IMG/VR virus record: IMGVR_UViG_3300045988_090087
Source: a virus
Strand: one strand, 5' to 3'
DNA: 64,000 nt
Under the pieces are notes generated by a model that was given only the letters and a program-made list of their open reading frames with translations, was not told the DNA's origin and did not search any database. The translations under genes were made by a program, and so were the position numbers. Positions 58,720 to 64,000 of this stretch are shown in pieces; position 1 is the stretch's first letter, and each line of letters starts with the position of its first letter.

Positions 58720-60470
58720 TATTCTACCTCCTTTATTAGTCCAGTGTTATCTATAGTATTATGAAGAATTTCTTCAGCTAATAATTTACCTGCTTCTAAT
58801 GCAGCTTTTGCAGAACCATCTTTCATTAGCTCTTCTAGTTTATTAGTCACTGATAAATTAAAAATTATCTCGTTTCTTTCTATCTCTGCGGTCTATTCTA
58901 ACTTATCACCGTCTTTAGCAACAACTGGAATACCCTTTTTAGTAAAATCTTTATTATCCATATGATTTAATCTAGCATGTAAAGCTCCCTCAGGAATAAC
59001 ATTCATATCTCTAGAATTAACTTTTCCCCCTTCTTTAAAGGCTCTTACCTCATCTGTAATATTTAAAGAAGCTTCTGGAAATTCTTTAGATAATGCTTCA
59101 GCAATCTATTCCTATGTGAAATTAAATAAAGAAAATTCAGAAGGAGTAAATGTTTTACCATCTTCAGACCAACTTCCTCCCTAATGAAAATCATCATTAT
59201 ATTTAGATTTGGTAGAGAATAATGGATCATCATAATATCTTTCTAATTCTTTATCTATAATAGGCTCTTCTACCTTAGATTCTTCTTTTACTAATTTAGA
59301 ACCTTGTTTTGCTGACTTTATTCTTTTAGTGTATTCTTTTATAGATTTATAAGAATCAAATAATTTAGCTCCTTCTTTAGCGACTAACATTCTACCTGAG
59401 TTAGATAAATCATAACCTCCACTTATATCAGTCTAGTACTAATTATTATTAATAGAATTCATTTGATTACTTCTAATATCATTTAAATCATTTCTCTGAG
59501 CCCAATCCCACATAGTATCTTTCCAATTATTAGTTTTTGCAATAAGTCTATTAGCTCTTCTTCTAGTACCTGAATTCCATCCACTATAAGAGCCTTCTCT
59601 AGATTCGGCGTCTGCAATATCTTCCATTGCCCCACTATAACCTCCTGCTACAGAACTTTGAGCTTGTCTAGATTGCCAATCTTTACCAGTAGCAGCTATA
59701 GTTTTCTTTCCTGTAAGACCTCCAATAAGCTTAAAGGCAGCTAAACCTGCGCCTAATCCCCATCCTACTCCAGGAATCATAGAAGCTATACCTCCTACCG
59801 TATTTACTGCATTTTCCCAACCTGCTTTTCTCTAATTACCGAATGCAACCTAAATACCAGCATTAGCTAATCCTGCAATACCAGAAGCACTTCCCATAGA
59901 AGATAAAGCTCCTTTAGCTCCTGCTTTCAATCCTGAGCCTATAGCTGCTGTAGTTAGAGATTTACTAGCAGCTTTTGCAGCACCTGCAATTGCTCCTACA
60001 GCAACATTTTTTAAGGCAGAATTAGCTGCTCCACCAATCATTCTAGTAGCAACTCCATTAGAATTAATAAGTCCACTAGTTAGACCATTAATAGAGCTTT
60101 CTAAGCCAATAGAATTTCCTAATTTATTAATAGCATAAGAAGTTGCGTAATTCTATATATTAGATCCTAATTGCTACCTAAATGATGGAGTTGTATAAGC
60201 TTCCATCTACTGAAGATTCATGTTTTTCATATCAGGTCTAGTAAATCCAGACTCTGATGTTATTGTCTAAGGGACATTACTATAGCCAGTAATATTAGAA
60301 GAAAAGTTAGAAAACTAATTACTAGCCATTGAACTTATATCAGGAGTACTAAACTATAAATTCTACTAGGCAGTGATAGAGGCAATATTAGGACTAAAAG
60401 AAGAATTAGGATTAGGGAGGGACTATCCAGTGCCTCCCCCTAATTCAAATTTTTTAATTTTTTTATACAT
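58719..60470 (-). CDS. Late structural-type protein (about 583 aa, TAG=Gln)
   Basis: MYKKIKKFELGGGTGQSLPNPNSSFSPNIASITAQQ...TGLIKEVE TAA; fragments 59181, 59439, 59850 in frame; Ala/Gly-rich hydrophobic central part. Confidence 0.75.
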
Positions 60471-63400
60471 AACTTAGTCTATATGTTGTTAATATTCCAG
60501 TAATGATAGCTAAGTCATTTCCTGTATATCTTATCTTTATTTTTATATATTTATCTTTCATAGGAATCTACTAACGATAAGTCCATCCTGTAGTATCTAC
60601 ATTTCCTAAGTTATAAGTATTAGGTAAATCTTCATCACTAATTTCAGTTTTATCCAAATCGTTAGGAATCCAATTTAATACAATAGGTGGTTTACCATCT
60701 TTCCAAGTAGTTTCGTTCTTTTGGGCAATATTAATAGAAGGTATCTAAATATACCATTCATCTTCCTAATAATAAGAATTACCTTTTATTACTCCATGTC
60801 TAGGAATAGGTAAATTTTTAACATGAGTAGCAATATTATACTAATTTAAATCCTCATATCTAACTATTTCAGAACCTGAAAGTCTAGAATAATCCCTATC
60901 TGAAGGAGAACGCATAGAATGATAATAATCTTCTATCTCATTAACAGAATCTAATCTATTATAATATAATGGGAATATAGTAGATTTAAAATACTACTAA
61001 GGAGTTACTCCTCTTTTAGAATCATTATATAAATGATCATAAGTAATATCTGAACCTAGTTTTTGATAAGTATTTTTAGTTAATTCCTATCTATACCACA
61101 TATTAGGTTTATCTTTACTAAATTCATAGCTATCTCCATTAATTTCAAAATGGAAAGATTCAGGTTCAGCTTTATTAGATATAATCTGTAAGTTATCCCA
61201 AATTTTCTATTTTACAGAATTATCTTTTACAACAAATTCAAATTCAAATGGATGTTGTTTATTATACCAATAACAAGGTTTAATATGCTCTTGAGTATCA
61301 ATTATACCAGCCTATCCATGTTTCCAAAAATTAGTTAAAAATGCTGGAAGTTTTTTAGTAACTTCTGTCTCCTATTTATTATAGAAAAACTCTGAGAATG
61401 TAAAATACAAAGTAAAATCATAATAACCGCTATTAATTAAAGTAGGTTTATTAAAGGTATTTGTAGAACCTGATTCTTCAGTACCTAAAGTAGCTCTTAT
61501 ATTAATAGCTAATAATTTATCATTTAAGATTTTATATATTTTGTAATAACTACTTAACCCAGCCTAAGAAATATCCTAAGGAACTAAATATTCTCGTTTA
61601 TCTGTTGCTACGTTATTTTTTTCTTCCTCTGACTATCGTTTATCCCATTCTGCTAATATATCAGATATTTTAACTTCTATATAAGCTTTTCCTTCTTCAA
61701 TATTACCACTAGAATCAATATTTATATTTAATAATATCATAGATGATTTACTTACTACTGAATCTCCTTCTTGAGTAAAATACTAAAATTGCACATACTT
61801 CTCAGAATGATTTAGTCCAGGTAAAATTTCTAAGGTAATTTTTGTCTAACCTATATTTTCTGGTATATATCTATCATATATACCTTTTATAGACATTATT
61901 ACACTCATATTATTTTCTAAAGAATTAACTGGTAAGATATTAGTACTAACAACTAAACCACTTTTGCTATTACTCATCATATCATTTAATCCTAATTTTG
62001 CTATATATTTAGATACACTTCTATCAAAGGTAAAGAAAATATTATCTATATTGGCAGAATAAGATGGCAACCATGAATAAAATGTTACAAATGATTTTGT
62101 AATTTCATTATAACATAAATTCCAAGCTTTATCTTCAAATCCATATTTCTAATCATAGAAGGTAAACATTACATCATTTTTATTAGCATTATAATGAGTC
62201 TTTACATTTCTAATTCCTATAATAGGAGTTGTTTCACGTTCAGATAATGATAAATTATCTACTAAAAATTTGTTTACTTTAAAATCAGAAATTGTTTCTA
62301 AATTCTTTCCGTCAGTCCTCCAAATTTTCTTGGCTACAGTATCTACCCCATATACTGCATATGGGGTCTTCACGACGCTCTCAGCCCACTAAGAACCTAT
62401 CATATCTGAAAGTACTATCTACGGATTTTCAGGAAGAACATTTTTAGTATTAATAAAAATTGCTCCACCATCTCCTTCTCCAGTTTGTATTCGCTCATTT
62501 ACTGGTAAAAGTACCACACCATGTTCAAATACACATATAAGACTAGATCCCATAGGTACTAATTTTATAATAGAACCATATTCTTTAGTGTAGTCTACAT
62601 AGTTAGTAGATTTAAATACTCTATAACCATTTCTATAAGCATCATTTATTGATATATCAGAATATATAATACGATTCTAATAAATATTCTTTATATATGG
62701 TACTTCAGGAACATTAAAATAATATTTCTCATTTAAAGTACTCCTTAAACCATCATTATATAAATAAGATTCTGGTATTTTATTATTACCTGAAATTAAA
62801 TCCTACTAATATGGATACCAAGCTCTAGGTCTACCAAATATACCTTTTTCATTAATATTACTCTCATCAATAGAACGTATTGATAAGTTAGTAGAACTTC
62901 TTAACTTAAAGGTAATCCAACTACCAAGCTATACAGCATTTACATCTCCTCTATTTATTCTCTATAATTTTTCAGAATTATTGGCATCATAATTATTTCT
63001 CCAAGTATCTTCATCTAATATCTCATCATTATAAGGATTAGAAGAATCAGCAAAATTACGATTTAATCTATGTGTAAACGTACATAAATAACAATCTCCT
63101 CTAGCTAAAGTAGTGTACTAATAAGGGTTATCTTTATCATCTAAATGTCTCCAATCATGTATAGCAGTGTTTATATCAATCCTATCTCCTATGGAGTAAT
63201 AAGCAGTATTATCATCATAACGTATGGCGAAATAATTAGTCATCTATGATTCAGAATATCCTGGAATATAAATATTTATTATGGAATTATATAAAATATT
63301 TCCATTAGATTTTATTCCTATATAAGGAGAATAAATTCCTCTTACTAAATTTGTGGCATTAGTATCATACCTTTTATTAGATTCAATATATCTAAACTAA

Positions 63401-64000
63401 TATGCCTCTTCAGCATCTCCTAATTTACTTCTAAAAATAGTTTCATCTATAGCTACTGAAGGCACATCATCAGTTACAGATATAATCTTAGCAGAAATTT
63501 TTAAAGATTTTTGTTTATTAGATGCAGTTTTAGGATAATATAATCTATGATTAGTAGTTTTCCACTATAAATCATCATAAGCATGATTATCACCTTTTAT
63601 CACATAATTAGTTCCAGTAAATAATGAATTAAATCTAGACTAATTTAGCATAAATTCAGGACATATGGCAGTTAATATATTAGAAGAGCTATTATAATTA
63701 TTAGTTAAATATAAATGTTTATCATATTCATTAGATAATTTTCTGGAATAATTGTTATTTATAGTTTTTTTCAAAAAATCTGCTAAACTTGAAGGTCTAA
63801 GAGATTGTGGCGTTTGCTAATTTAAAAAAGACTCTATATAAACATTTTCAGCTTTGATAGCCGGGCATTGAGCTTCCTAATCATAAGGCATAGTAAAAGC
63901 CTAAGCTAATAATGTTGGATTTCTTTTCTATCTTACAAAGAACAATCCTTTGATATCATAAGTATCTTTTAAGTATTTAAGTACTACTGTAGGTACTAAA
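60463..64000 (-). CDS. Large tail/portal-vertex protein (muzzle/'stabilization' type), 5'-truncated by window edge (at least 1179 aa, TAG=Gln)
   Basis: Frame open to window end; LVPTVVLKYLKDTYDIKGLFFVRQKRNPTLLAQAF...YAVYGVDTVAKKIWRTDGKNLETISDF...; ends ...TTYRLSYV TAA. Function inferred from gene order in crAss-like phages. Confidence 0.65.

Noticed and set aside
23742-64000. Late region as a decayed or pseudogenised segment because of many stops
   Set aside because: Interruptions are only TAG, frames persist for up to 6.9 kb, and start/stop overlaps are orderly; recoding explains it better.
1-64000. CRISPR arrays, tRNAs, IS elements, rRNA
   Set aside because: No repeat-spacer pattern, cloverleaf-like sequence, transposase or rRNA segment was recognised by eye; a tRNAscan-SE run is needed to exclude a cryptic suppressor tRNA.

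Overview
This window looks like part of a crAss-like (Bacteroidetes-infecting) phage genome with two convergent halves. (1) About 3-23,690, + strand: tightly packed early/replication genes readable in the standard code. These include NrdD (with an intein), thioredoxin, NrdG, YqeY-like, two metallophosphoesterases, an SF1 helicase, dUTPase, ATP-dependent DNA ligase, an HExxH protein, a sigma-70 factor, family A DNA polymerase, a HAD/PNKP-like phosphatase, a lipoprotein, ThyX, an AAA ATPase and a dNMP kinase. The DNA polymerase gene is split by two group I introns, exactly at motif A (DYSG^QE) and motif C (YD^E). (2) About 23,742-64,000, - strand: the supplied track shows only fragments because TAG is used as a sense codon, most likely Gln. 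Reading TAG as Q and stopping only at TAA/TGA gives 11 abutting late CDSs, several of them giant. One is a split RNA polymerase gene of about 3,402 aa whose D-x-D-x-D catalytic motif (GADY^DIDKAY) is interrupted by a third group I intron. Another is a 1,555-aa protein carrying an SF1 helicase domain. A strong hairpin terminator sits at the convergence point (about 23,698-23,745). Standout observations: intervening sequences placed in catalytic motifs of both polymerases and the ribonucleotide reductase; nearby in-frame TAA backups behind every early gene found ending in TAG; a probable frameshift in an A8 run at 19,481; an N-terminal K-F-x-x-G-G peptide shared by three late proteins; and an HExxH protein and a degenerate nuclease-like segment next to the RNAP gene. 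All homology calls come from motifs read by eye; no search was run.
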